Position numbers and translations under genes: made by a program. DNA of 64,000 nt from Lamprobacter sp. (lineage in GTDB: Bacteria > Pseudomonadota > Gammaproteobacteria > Chromatiales > Chromatiaceae). Location: the NCBI RefSeq assembly GCF_034860625.1, contig NZ_JAYESN010000016.1, forward strand, positions 2-64,001, given 5' to 3'. The notes under the pieces were generated by a model. The model saw only the letters and a program-made list of their open reading frames with translations, ran no database searches and was not told the DNA's origin. Positions 1 through 9,764 of this stretch are shown piece after piece (position 1 is the first letter of the stretch; each line of letters begins with the position of its first letter).

Positions 1-2
1 GG

Positions 3-236
3 CGCGGCAGTGCAATCTGGCTGTTTGGCTCGGCACTTGACGATCGCGCCATCGGCGGTGATGTTGATCTCTATATCGAGCCGAACGCACCGGTCGTGGA
101 CAATCTCTTACTCGCCCGTCAGGCCTGCGCGCGCGAGTTGGAGCGGCGGCTCAAGCGGCCATTTGATGTGGTGGTGCGACGCGGCTCGCCAACGGCCTTC
201 ATGCGCCAGGCCGTGGCGGAAGGACAACAGTTATGA
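3..236 (+). CDS. Minimal nucleotidyltransferase (MNT) antitoxin, 5'-truncated by the window edge
   Basis: Read by hand in frame 3 (not in the ORF track): IWLFGSALDDRAIGGDVDLYIE...RPFDVVV, matching the GS-x-DxD pol-beta motif. Its TGA overlaps the ATG of the next gene (ATGA). Confidence 0.85.
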   Translation, partial: RGSAIWLFGSALDDRAIGGDVDLYIEPNAPVVDNLLLARQACARELERRLKRPFDVVVRRGSPTAFMRQAVAEGQQL

Positions 237-706
237 GTGTGCACGCAGAGGTGTTGGCGGAAACCGTTCAGGCTCTGAGTCAAGCCGCGGCACGCTTACG
301 CGCCACCCATGGTGATCTGGCGGGGCATTTCCCGCTGACATCGGTGCGGCTCAACACCTTGAGCCAAATCGACCAGGAGCGGCTTGATACCCTGGCCGTG
401 CGTTATGCGCGTTGCCAGGATCTGCTTGCACCGGCCATGCGTGCGCTGGCCCGGGCGCAGTTGGAGCCAAAGGCGGACGCGAGCTTCCTTGCGCTCCACG
501 CGCTGATGCAGAAGCAAGGTATTGTCACCACAACCGCTGATTGGGAACGGCAGCGCAGTCTGCGCAATGCCGTCGGCCATGAGTATCCCGATCCGGAGAC
601 GATTGCCGATCTGCTCAACGGCATCCACGCCGAGACCCCGGCCCTGCTGAGTATGGTCGAGCGACTGCGACAAGTCGCGAGCACGCTCGTTGCTGAGCAT
701 CACTGA
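233..706 (+). CDS. HEPN-domain RNase toxin (MNT-HEPN pair)
   Basis: 157 aa, helical, with RX4H motif RNAVGH(EY); coupled to the upstream MNT. Confidence 0.8.
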   Translation: MSVHAEVLAETVQALSQAAARLRATHGDLAGHFPLTSVRLNTLSQIDQERLDTLAVRYARCQDLLAPAMRALARAQLEPKADASFLALHALMQKQGIVTTTADWERQRSLRNAVGHEYPDPETIADLLNGIHAETPALLSMVERLRQVASTLVAEHH

Positions 707-787
707 TTCCCGCCCATGCATCTCGTCGGGTTGTTACGCAGATCGCGCGGTTGAGGCAACGCTCGCTCGCTTTAATGAGCCTCGGCG

Positions 788-1348
788 TCAGCTCCAGAGG
801 TTGCTGAGCTCGAGCATCAGTGCCTCGAAGGGGGCGACCGCGATGCAGCCGTTGCCGGCTGCCTCCGCGAGTAACCGCCATTCGCCGCTATCCAGTCCAT
901 AGGCCTCGAAAGTTCGTCGTTTGGGATCAACGAGCCAGACGTAGGCAACCCCGTAATGGGCGTAGAGGGGCATCTTGATGTGACGGTCTTTGCTTTCGGT
1001 CGAGGGGGACAAGATCTCGCAGACCCAATCCGGGACGATCTCGAAGCGATGTCCCTCGGGGATTTGAGGCATGCGTGCTTTGCGCCAACCCGCAAGGTCA
1101 GGAACCGCGACCTCCACATCGGTGATGAAGTGGATCTCGGGCTCGACGATGATCCACCAGCCGCCGGGTCCGCCCCGACCGCGCCCATAGCTGCCGACCA
1201 GATCGTAGGTCAGCTCGCTTTCTGCTTTCGCGTGAGGTCCGGCTGGCCGAGGTTGGGTGTGCAATTGGCCGTTGAGGATCTCTCCTGTCAGCCCCTCGGG
1301 CAGGGTTTCGAGCTGTTCGTACAGCGTTTGCATGTAAGCATGTTGCAT
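788..1348 (-). CDS. Uma2-family (PD-(D/E)XK) endonuclease
   Basis: Motifs EILNGQL, VPDLAGW, PDWVCEILSPST, K..LYA.YGV.YVWLVDP. Confidence 0.9.
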   Translation of the reverse strand: MQHAYMQTLYEQLETLPEGLTGEILNGQLHTQPRPAGPHAKAESELTYDLVGSYGRGRGGPGGWWIIVEPEIHFITDVEVAVPDLAGWRKARMPQIPEGHRFEIVPDWVCEILSPSTESKDRHIKMPLYAHYGVAYVWLVDPKRRTFEAYGLDSGEWRLLAEAAGNGCIAVAPFEALMLELSNLWS

Positions 1349-1403
1349 GGCTGTTGCCTGTTTGACGGCCTTTGTAGGAGCGCATTACTCATTGTTTGAT
1401 CAA

Positions 1404-3938
1404 TCAACAAATCTGCCCATGCGCATCAAACAACGCATCCAACTGCGGGTTAGCGGTGACCAGCAAGACCTGTCTGCAGATGTTGGAGTCATTCATCTCC
1501 AGGTGCTGGAAGTGATCGCCGCTGACTTTGCGTAGCAGTTGAATCCGTCCAAACAGATGCCCATGCTGTTCGGCAAAGCGTGCCAGGCCGATGGCCTTCT
1601 CAAAATTGTCAGATCGACTCGGGTCATGCGGTTCGAGGATGTCGAACAGATAGCTGGGCTCTTCTCCATCGACAGCGGTTTGCTGGCGCACCATGACCAA
1701 ATCGGGAAACATCGGCCGAATGTCGCTGCCGGTTTGGTAGGGGATCTCCAGCGACCAGGACTTGCGATCCAGGTTGCGCAGCCAGGCCAAGCGGTCCGGC
1801 TTGGCCAGTTCTTGTTCAAGCAGTTCACGCTCCCAAGTGCCAAGGTCCGCCCGAAACTGGCCGTCTTCCTCCAGATACAGGTGCTTCGGGTAGATCGGTG
1901 CGTTTGCGCTGCGACGGAAGTCGATGCTGGCTTCTAGCCGCCAGTCGATCGGCTGCGGTTTGGCGGTTGCGAGGCGCAGTCGGTCGTAACGCTGTCGCTC
2001 CTTCTCGCCTAGCTTGCCGATGGCCTGTTTGTGCTGATCGTAGAGGCGATTGAACGCCTGCTCGGCCTTGGCTTCGAGATCCGCGATGCTCTGCGGCTGA
2101 CGGCTCAGGACGATGACTTCGACCTTGACCTCCAAGGCATCGCGCTCAGCCTGGGCTTCCCAGTAGGCTTGATGCAAGGCGTTGCTGAACCGGCGGCCCG
2201 CCTCGGCAAACTGTCGCTCGATGTCGGCCTCGGAGACCTCCAACGCGTAGTCGCGCACCGGAGTGCTGAGGCCACTGCCAAGCAGTTCCGGGTGATCCGG
2301 GTCGGACTCTGCGGTAATGGTGGTCACCTTCACGCGCGTGATCGCTGCCTCGGCCTTGGCATAGCGGTCGTCTGCTTTGAGTTGTTCAACCGCTTGTTGC
2401 ATCCAGGCGATCATCTGCTGCTTGGCCTGCTTCCAGGCGGACGGCTCGATCGCGTCGATATTCAGCCGCCGACCCAAATCGACATAGCGCCGGATCGGAC
2501 TCTGAGCGCGCACGGCGTTGACCCGATAGGTCTTGAGCGCTTCGCTGGCGGCAAAGATCGCCTCGGTGCCCGGTCGCCGGGTCAAGATCACCAGCTCGCG
2601 GCTGGAGCCGGTCTCGGCCGGCGGTGTTTCCTCGACGTTGTTGAGATCCTGAATCACCGCCTCGACCGCATCCTTGTCGAAATGAGGCAGGAACAGATGC
2701 ACGTCGTTCAGCGTTGCATCGCGCTCGATCCGCCGCGCCAGGGGGGTGCGCACCATGCGTCCCAGCAACTGGGCGATGTAGGTGTGATCCTCTGCCCGGC
2801 GAAAGGACATCATCACTTCGGCGCGCGGGCAATCCCAGCCGGTCGACAGACTGGTCTTGAAGAAGACCACGCCGATGTCCTTGTTCTCATCGATGCGCGA
2901 GGCATCCACTCGACGGATGTTGTGACCACGGATCGCCAGGTCGCCGCAGTCATGCAGCGCATGCACCGCCTCGCCTTCGCGCAGGGGCTCGCCGATGGCG
3001 CGCTCGATGGCGGCCAGCGCGGCAGCCAGATCGGTGCGCGAGGTCTGGTTCTCGCCGCCGTTCTCAATCTGCACCACCAGCACCGGCCAGACCCGCTGCG
3101 GCTCGTGCTCTGCTGTGCAGTAGGCGTCCCAGGCGCGGCGCATCTTCATCCAGGTGCAGGCGGCCTCTTCGAGCAGCGTCATCTCCGCGTCGCCTGCCTG
3201 GTCTGGGTGGTGAATCGGTACCCGATCTTTCAGCAAGCCTGATGCGCGCACATCGGCCACCGGCACGCTGACCTTGTGCTGGCTGTGCGGTGCCTGCTCA
3301 AGCAGATCGATGAAGCGCTTGGGTGTGGCCGAGATGCCGATCACCAACGGCATCGGGATCAGACCGCTTGCGGCATGCCCAAGCAGAAAGCGTTGCACCA
3401 GGGTGCGGGCCTCGTTGCGGTTGCGGGCACTGGTCATACCACGATGCGCTTCGTCGATGACTAGATAGAAGCGCTCCGGGCCTGAGCGGGCAGTGTTGGT
3501 GAAGGTGCTCCAAATCGGGTAAGCACGGCTGTCGCCGCGGCGGGTCAGGCGCTTGTCGTTGCCGAGCTTCTGGATGTTGATGAAGTGGATCACGCCCGGC
3601 TCCAGGCGCTCGCGATCGAAATCGGCATCGATGGTCAGCAGGCGCTGCTCGCCGATGCGATCCGAGACCTGGTTGATGCGCTTATGCGTCTGTTCGTTCA
3701 GCTCTGGCATGTCGGAGAGCCAGAGGATGGAGGCATCGGGTTGGGCCTCCAGGCCCAGCGCGCCGAACAGGATGTCCTCGAACAGCGCGGCCATGATCAC
3801 CGTTTTGCCGCTACCGGTTGGCGCCGAGAAAGCGATGGCCTGTGGATACTGTGGACTCGCCAGTGCGCGCGCCTGCCTGACGCGCACGCGCAACTGCTCC
3901 AGCGCGGTTTGCTGAAAGTCGAACAGCTCGAATTTCAT
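1404..3938 (-). CDS. Type III restriction Res-like SF2 helicase-nuclease
   Basis: Walker A APTGSGKT, DEAH, SATP, GWDCPRA, QLLGRMVR, and a C-terminal FPDL...LEPH nuclease-like motif. ATGA overlap with mod. Confidence 0.85.
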   Translation of the reverse strand: MKFELFDFQQTALEQLRVRVRQARALASPQYPQAIAFSAPTGSGKTVIMAALFEDILFGALGLEAQPDASILWLSDMPELNEQTHKRINQVSDRIGEQRLLTIDADFDRERLEPGVIHFINIQKLGNDKRLTRRGDSRAYPIWSTFTNTARSGPERFYLVIDEAHRGMTSARNRNEARTLVQRFLLGHAASGLIPMPLVIGISATPKRFIDLLEQAPHSQHKVSVPVADVRASGLLKDRVPIHHPDQAGDAEMTLLEEAACTWMKMRRAWDAYCTAEHEPQRVWPVLVVQIENGGENQTSRTDLAAALAAIERAIGEPLREGEAVHALHDCGDLAIRGHNIRRVDASRIDENKDIGVVFFKTSLSTGWDCPRAEVMMSFRRAEDHTYIAQLLGRMVRTPLARRIERDATLNDVHLFLPHFDKDAVEAVIQDLNNVEETPPAETGSSRELVILTRRPGTEAIFAASEALKTYRVNAVRAQSPIRRYVDLGRRLNIDAIEPSAWKQAKQQMIAWMQQAVEQLKADDRYAKAEAAITRVKVTTITAESDPDHPELLGSGLSTPVRDYALEVSEADIERQFAEAGRRFSNALHQAYWEAQAERDALEVKVEVIVLSRQPQSIADLEAKAEQAFNRLYDQHKQAIGKLGEKERQRYDRLRLATAKPQPIDWRLEASIDFRRSANAPIYPKHLYLEEDGQFRADLGTWERELLEQELAKPDRLAWLRNLDRKSWSLEIPYQTGSDIRPMFPDLVMVRQQTAVDGEEPSYLFDILEPHDPSRSDNFEKAIGLARFAEQHGHLFGRIQLLRKVSGDHFQHLEMNDSNICRQVLLVTANPQLDALFDAHGQIC

Positions 3939-6433
3939 CGGCCAGCCTCCCGCTGCGCGGCCTGGGTCGGGTCGATATTGATTAGGAAGTTCTCGAGGTA
4001 ATCCCGGTAGAGCTGCACCGTTTCCAAGGCCGGACTTGAGGCCGTCAGACGAGCGCGTGCCTCGGCGGACAATTCCTGGAAGGCCTCCTCGGCATCGGTG
4101 ACGATGAACAGCAGGCGCAGATCGGCGCGCCCATCGAGTGCCTGCAGCAAGGGTTGCATGGCGCCTTCATCGAGCAGGACTGCGAAGGGGTTCTCCGGCG
4201 GTGCGAAGAAGTCGGGATCGGGCGCTTCGGTGGGCAACTCCGGTCGCTGCCCAATGGCCCCGGCCTTGAGCCAGAGCAGCGGCAGAATCTCGCGAAAGGC
4301 GCGTTTGAGCGCGACCCGATGTTGGTCGAGAAAGTCCAAGCGGAAGTAGGCGAGATTGGCGGCAAAGCCCTCGGCGAGCGGGCGCTTTTCTTCCTCGGTG
4401 ATGCGCAAGGGGCCAAGCAGGTTCTGCACCTCTGACTTGATCCGATCGAAGACCGCCTTGGTCGTCGCGACAACGTAGAGGTCGGAAATCTGATCTTGGC
4501 CCTCCAGCGCATCCAGCCAGTCTGAGGCGGCTTCCTCGTGGAACAGGACGCTGGCGGAATGATCCTCTGAGACGATATAAGCGTTATCGCGCGTCACGAG
4601 CTTTTGCGGCAGATCGGGCAGCAGCGCGACCAGTTGCTTTTTGCGTGCTGCCGTGTTGAGTGCGGCCGGATCGACGAAGCCGATATGGACGATGCGACGC
4701 GGGCGCTCGCGCTCGACCGTTCCGCCGGTTAGATAGTCACCCGGTAGCGGGGTGCCGTCGTCACGCTGCCCGCGAATGGTGAATTGGCTACGCGGCCAGG
4801 TCACCGAGCGGCAGATGCCCTGAGCTTCCCAAGCCTCATCGCCCGGTTGTAGCCCACGAGCGCGCATGGCTTCCGCTTCGTCGCCCGAGACCTCGTTGTT
4901 GGTGACCAGGATGCAGCGGCGCTGGCCTCCGTCGGTGGCATTGAGCAGGTTGACTGCATTCAGGGTGGTGCCACTCCCACAAAAGAAATCAAGAATAATC
5001 GCGTTTGGCCGATCCGCAACAAAAAAGCGGATGCAATCATGGACTGCGTAAATGCTTTTCGGAAAGGGAAACTTAAGGTCAGGAATAATTTCTGACAGGA
5101 AACGTGACCCGTATTGAGTCGCATCATGCGAGCTAATTCGCCATTGACTAGCCGGGACCGCCCGCACAAAATCCGTATCAATACTATCGACAATTATCGA
5201 CCCGTCAGGGCCTCTGCCGATTTCCTGAAACTCACCTCTATGGATCTTCGCGTACTCGCCATCTTTTAGGATGGAGATAACAAATCCCCGTTCCCGTGAA
5301 CCAGTAATGCGGACCCTTCCTTGCAGCAGTCGCTCCCTGAAAGTCATTGCTGACCACTGCCAAACTCCCTCGCTTCCGTCTTTACGAATTGGCAGTACAG
5401 GCACTAAACCATTTATTGGTTCAGGTAACGAAACCCCTGCTGGCAGAGCATCGCCAACGAGTTCGACCTTCGGAACGTCGGGGTCAACATAGATTGGAAA
5501 AAAGCAGCCGGGCGAATGGCTTCTCGTCGTATTGGTACCTGAGCGACGCAACAGATCCCATCGGATGTTGCCTGTATGAGTTCTGCCTTTGGCTGAAACC
5601 CAATCGCGCTTCAGTCGAAGTCTCTGCGGCGCAGAGTCTCCCAGAGTTACGAAGAAGATATATTCATCACTTCGAGCAAAACCACCTTCACGCGCAACAC
5701 CGGCGGGGTTAATAAGGGTGCTGACCATTTGCAGCTTGCAACCCTTGAATACATCTTCTAGTAGAAGACCTAGATGCGTATACTCTTTTTCATCTATGGT
5801 GATAATCAATACTGCTGCAGATGGATTCAGTAACCTTCTTGCCAATTGCAAACGCTTTTCCATAAAAGACAACCACTTGGAATGTCGCCAGGCATCATTC
5901 TTATCGACATAGTCATTGTTGTACTTCCAATCCCGAGCCCCGGTGTTGTAGGGCGGATCGATATAGATGCAGTCGACCTGTCCCGCATAGAGGTAGCCCA
6001 ACAGTTGCAGCGCATGGTAGTTATCGGCCTCGATCAGACCATGCCAGGGCGCATCGGCTGGGCCGTTCTGTACCTGATCGATGGGGGTGAGCGAGGGAAA
6101 GATCGGCTCGCCGAACTGGCGCACCACCACCAGCTCCGCCAGCGGCCAGTCGAAGCGCGCGCCGGCATCTGCTGTGCCTTCGGGGCGGACGCATTCGGCC
6201 ACCCCATCGCGGACTCGGCGCACCTGCCAGCGCTCGGTGAGCGACTGACCTTTCTTCGCCACCAGATCACCACGCCTGGGTGCCACCTTCGGCAGCGGTA
6301 CCAGCTCTGGCAAGTGACGGTCGAACACCAGCCCAAACTGCCGCGTCTTGCGCACCTCCGCCCACTCGCGCTTGAGCTGATCGCGCACGCGTGGTTCTGA
6401 GACTTGGGCGATGAGGTCGTCGATCGAGGCCAC
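3935..6433 (-). CDS. Type III Mod-like adenine DNA methyltransferase
   Basis: IYIDPPYNTG (motif IV) precedes DFFCGSGTT (motif I), i.e. beta-class order; also RHSKWLSFM and FPFPKS. Confidence 0.9.
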   Translation of the reverse strand: MASIDDLIAQVSEPRVRDQLKREWAEVRKTRQFGLVFDRHLPELVPLPKVAPRRGDLVAKKGQSLTERWQVRRVRDGVAECVRPEGTADAGARFDWPLAELVVVRQFGEPIFPSLTPIDQVQNGPADAPWHGLIEADNYHALQLLGYLYAGQVDCIYIDPPYNTGARDWKYNNDYVDKNDAWRHSKWLSFMEKRLQLARRLLNPSAAVLIITIDEKEYTHLGLLLEDVFKGCKLQMVSTLINPAGVAREGGFARSDEYIFFVTLGDSAPQRLRLKRDWVSAKGRTHTGNIRWDLLRRSGTNTTRSHSPGCFFPIYVDPDVPKVELVGDALPAGVSLPEPINGLVPVLPIRKDGSEGVWQWSAMTFRERLLQGRVRITGSRERGFVISILKDGEYAKIHRGEFQEIGRGPDGSIIVDSIDTDFVRAVPASQWRISSHDATQYGSRFLSEIIPDLKFPFPKSIYAVHDCIRFFVADRPNAIILDFFCGSGTTLNAVNLLNATDGGQRRCILVTNNEVSGDEAEAMRARGLQPGDEAWEAQGICRSVTWPRSQFTIRGQRDDGTPLPGDYLTGGTVERERPRRIVHIGFVDPAALNTAARKKQLVALLPDLPQKLVTRDNAYIVSEDHSASVLFHEEAASDWLDALEGQDQISDLYVVATTKAVFDRIKSEVQNLLGPLRITEEEKRPLAEGFAANLAYFRLDFLDQHRVALKRAFREILPLLWLKAGAIGQRPELPTEAPDPDFFAPPENPFAVLLDEGAMQPLLQALDGRADLRLLFIVTDAEEAFQELSAEARARLTASSPALETVQLYRDYLENFLINIDPTQAAQREAGR

Positions 6434-6608
6434 TATGGGCTCCTTGGCGGGATGGGAAACTTGGATTCTGGCGCTCTTGCGACGGGTCGACTGGATGCTC
6501 GGTTGGCCCGCTGGGTTGGGGGGCAGATTGTTGCTGAGCAGGTTGTGCCGACGATGAGCAGGACTATCTGGCCTATGTTACAACTGTTGAGCCCTCTGGT
6601 AGCGAGCG

Positions 6609-6645
6609 AGGCTGGCGGCAGAGCGAAGCCCGGATGCTGTGACCT
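6609..6645. repeat. Intergenic direct repeat, copy 1 (copy 2 at 9765-9800)
   Basis: Identical 16-bp core GAAGCCCGGATGCTGT at 6625-6640 and 9780-9795, each preceded by AGGCTGGCG. Confidence 0.8.
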
Positions 6646-6760
6646 GTTTTTTGCTGCGCTGACGGCCACGTTTCGTTTGAGATCAGACTTCTGGTCAGCA
6701 ACACTGTCGGCGCTGCAAGCATGATGAGCAACGGAAACGACGGTAACCGTGAAAACCTGG

Positions 6761-7147
6761 ATGAACGGTGGCTTTGACTTTCATCGATTCCTAGATCGGC
6801 AGGCGCAACAAGCGCGCGAGGCCCTTGCCCGCTCGTCAACCCTACTGGAGCAAGCACGCGTCTGCGCGCGTCCGATCTTGGAGCGCTATGGCGCCGAACG
6901 CGCCTTGGTTTTTGGCTCGGTCGCCGCAGGACAGGCACATCGGGGTTCTGATCTTGATCTGCTGGTCTTGGGGACCGCCGCTGCTGATTATTGGGCCTTG
7001 CGGGAGGAGCTGGAGACGGCCTTTGAGCGCCCGCTTGACCTTATCACCGAGGCTGATGATCCTCAGATTATTCAACAGGCATTAGCCCAGGGGGTGACGA
7101 TCTATGGCGCGGAATCCACAACTGCTGCGTGCGCTGATCGAGGATGA
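6761..7147 (+). CDS. MNT nucleotidyltransferase antitoxin
   Basis: LVFGSVAAGQAHRGSDLDLLV...RPLDLI motif. Confidence 0.85.
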   Translation: MNGGFDFHRFLDRQAQQAREALARSSTLLEQARVCARPILERYGAERALVFGSVAAGQAHRGSDLDLLVLGTAAADYWALREELETAFERPLDLITEADDPQIIQQALAQGVTIYGAESTTAACADRG

Positions 7148-7340
7148 GCTGAAGAAGCTTGCCCGCTTGGAGCAGAGCTTCCAGCAGATCGAGGCCAAGC
7201 TGGCGCTACCGCCGGATGGGGTGCCCGACTACGATCGCGGCGCGATCGGCTATCTGCTGCACAGTTTCTACAACGGCTGCGAGAACATCTTTCGCGCTAT
7301 CGCCCGGTTCTTCGAGAACGATCTCGGCGCTGATTCCTGC
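7104..7340 (+). pseudogene. Truncated HepT-like HEPN toxin
   Basis: The N-half is typical (AIGYLLHSFYNGCENIFRAIARFFEND). The sequence then becomes unrelated and the RX4H-containing C-half is absent. Confidence 0.7.
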
Positions 7341-7488
7341 CTTGATCGCGCCGGTCGCTTTCGGCGAGAAGCTCGCCACCTGATCCTCTGCGGGCCGCCA
7401 GAGCGCGATCCATACCTAGGACTTGTCCGGTTTTTCTGCCCGCGGGAGTTCTGCCAGCCGCTGCGCCCCTTCCCGTCCGAACCGAAAC

Positions 7489-7745
7489 TCAGTACCGCTC
7501 CCGATTCAGGGCTGCGTCGTCGTCTTCGCGCGTGGCGTGAAAGTCATCGTTTCGCGCTATACGCTCGAGCGAATCAGCGAGATATCTCATCCATGGAACG
7601 CATGGTTACGCCACGCTTGTTGACGGTGCCAATCTCGAAGCCCGATCGCATCTCATTCAATTCGGGTCGATCGAGGATGTCTCGGGCCGGCGGTCCCGGC
7701 CAGATTCCATCCTGTCCTATCGGGGCATGGGCAAGGATCTGACCG
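7489..7745 (-). pseudogene. C-terminal fragment of a large uncharacterised protein
   Basis: GQILAHAPIGQDGIWP...RSGFEIGTVNKRGVTMRS, continuing in another frame as YLADSLERIARNDDFHATREDDDAALNRERY*. From memory this resembles the conserved tail of large HigA-HTH/ATPase proteins. Confidence 0.5.
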
Positions 7746-7746
7746 A

Positions 7747-7781
7747 GGGTTAGCGGTGAGCAGCAAGACCTGTTTGCAGAT
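7747..7781. repeat. Imperfect copy of the res 3' end (1447-1481)
   Basis: GGGTTAGCGGTGA[C/G]CAGCAAGACCTGT[C/T]TGCAGAT, 33/35 identical. Confidence 0.9.
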
Positions 7782-7830
7782 ACTGGAATTGCCCTTCGGC
7801 GCCACCAGCTCCTTGTCTGTGGGCGGTGGG

Positions 7831-9648
7831 TCATGCCGGTCCGGCCGCAGCCATCGCCGCCGGCACGCTGCGCCACACCAAGCGCTCAAAGCCCAGCGCC
7901 ACTACGGCATGGGTATGCAGGCGCAGGCGCTCTCCGTAGGCCCGTTCTAGCCCCTGGCTGTGGCGCGCGAGCTGCGCCTCGGCGGCGTCCAGGCTGGCCG
8001 CCACGGCCGGCAGGCTGACGAGTGCCTCGCGTGACTGTGCACGCAGGGTTTGAGCCGTCAGCCCGATGTCCTTCAGGTTCAGGTACTTGAACTCCAGCAG
8101 ATGGTCGAGCAGCGCAAAACGGCGCATCTCCTCGCGCACGATCAGCGACAGATCGGCATGGCCGCGGTCGATCGCCGTCTCCGAGTCCATGACGTAGAAG
8201 ATGTCGGCGAAGAGCGCGACCAGAAAGACGGTCTTCACCGTCAGCTCATTCGACCAGCGATCGTCGCGGTTATCGAAGACGCGCAGATGGTTGGCCTCCA
8301 GCACCGCGATCAGCGGTGCTAAGTCGCCTTTGGTATAGAGGGCCTTGGCTGCGACGCGCAGGCTTTCACGCGCGGGATAGTCGGGGAAGAGCCCGTCGCG
8401 AAACCGCTCAACATAGAGCTTGCGGATGACCAAGTTCGGGATGCCCAGCACCAGTTCACCAAAGGGCGTCTGATCCTTGAGCGTCAGTGCGCCGAGAAAA
8501 TACAGCAGTGAGCCCAGAAAGGGCGCGTCCCGAGGCGCGCGGCGCATGTCCTCGACGCCAAAGCGGTGCGCCAGACTGGCGATGACCGGTGGATGCTCGG
8601 GGTCGAGCGCGGCGCCGATGACCTCCGCGCCATGCGGCTGGCGGGCAACGAAGTCGATGCGGTTGCGGTCCATCGCCAGATTGCTGTCGAGCATCTCGCG
8701 CGGGGGCTGACCGGTGGCGGCCAGGGCCTCGAAAAAGTACAGCGCCAAGGTCGGGTTGTAGAGTCCAGGCCCAGGCTCATAGCCGAAGCGATAGCCGTTG
8801 TACCAGGCGCGCATGGTCGCCAGCATGCGTGCCGACCAGTCCGGGTCGCGTGCCTGTTCACCGGCGAGTTGCTCAAGCACCGATGCCACCTCGGCCTCGG
8901 TGAAACCGCAAAGATCGACGAATCGGGCATCCAGGCTGATGTCCTTGGCGACGTTATAGCCGCTGGAGATATCCGCTAGCACCACCGGCGAGACGCCGGT
9001 GATAAACACCCGGTCGATGCCCGCGCCCGAGGCCAAGGACTTGACCGCCTTGAAGACCGTCTTCAGCAGCCCCTCGCCCGAGACCAGGGCATCGTAATCG
9101 GCCCGGCGCCCTTGCATCAGCTCGTTGGCGAAGTTGTCGTATTCATCGATTAGGAGATAGAGATCATGGCCCTGGGCGCGGGCGGCGCTGACGGCAGAAC
9201 GCAGTGCGACCAAGCCGTTGTCCGCGCGCAATCCAAGCGCGTCAACGCTCAGGTCGGCGTCGCCGAGTTGCGCGCGGTAGCGCAGAAAGAATGCCTTGAC
9301 CTGACCATTGATGTGATCGTGCAGGGCCTGGCGAATCTCGGCCAGACTGCCACTGGCATCGACCATGGAGAAATCCCAGCGCAGCACGAAGTAACGGTTA
9401 CGCCGTGCAGTAGGATCGCGGCCGATGGCGAGCATGCCGAACAGCGCCTCGAATTCCCCTGCACGCGCCAGATCGTAGTAGTTCTCCAGCGTGGTCAGCC
9501 AGGCGGTCTTGCCGAAGCGGCGTGGACGCAGGAAGAGGATCTGATCGCCGAGGTTCTCCAGCGTGCGGATGCGATCGGTGCGATCGGCGTAGTAGTAGCC
9601 CTCGCAGATGATCTTGTGGAAGTCAGCGATGCCGTAGGGGAATTTCAT
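7831..9648 (-). CDS. AAA-ATPase-like protein with C-terminal PD-(D/E)XK nuclease (DUF1703-like)
   Basis: MKFPYGIADF, RPRRFGKT, LIDEYDN, FITGVSP, YNGYRF, GHADL...LEFKY. Confidence 0.9.
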   Translation of the reverse strand: MKFPYGIADFHKIICEGYYYADRTDRIRTLENLGDQILFLRPRRFGKTAWLTTLENYYDLARAGEFEALFGMLAIGRDPTARRNRYFVLRWDFSMVDASGSLAEIRQALHDHINGQVKAFFLRYRAQLGDADLSVDALGLRADNGLVALRSAVSAARAQGHDLYLLIDEYDNFANELMQGRRADYDALVSGEGLLKTVFKAVKSLASGAGIDRVFITGVSPVVLADISSGYNVAKDISLDARFVDLCGFTEAEVASVLEQLAGEQARDPDWSARMLATMRAWYNGYRFGYEPGPGLYNPTLALYFFEALAATGQPPREMLDSNLAMDRNRIDFVARQPHGAEVIGAALDPEHPPVIASLAHRFGVEDMRRAPRDAPFLGSLLYFLGALTLKDQTPFGELVLGIPNLVIRKLYVERFRDGLFPDYPARESLRVAAKALYTKGDLAPLIAVLEANHLRVFDNRDDRWSNELTVKTVFLVALFADIFYVMDSETAIDRGHADLSLIVREEMRRFALLDHLLEFKYLNLKDIGLTAQTLRAQSREALVSLPAVAASLDAAEAQLARHSQGLERAYGERLRLHTHAVVALGFERLVWRSVPAAMAAAGPA

Positions 9649-9764
9649 CGCGGATGACCAAAAGGCGACGCAGGTCGGCAGTATAAAGGAGCCGGGACGC
9701 TGGATCCCCCCCTGGTGCGGCGCCGACACCGCGCCTGCGCATCAACTTCGCATGGTATCGAGAA

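Noticed and set aside
2031-3242. 403-aa plus-strand ORF (likewise 11407-12363, 17379-18338, 36525-37790, 50355-51374 and 55860-57398)
   Set aside because: Antisense shadows of well-supported genes, expected in high-GC DNA; no recognisable motifs.
7104-7742. 212-aa ORF as an intact gene
   Set aside because: Only the first ~78 aa are HEPN-like; the rest reads through opposite-strand fragments.
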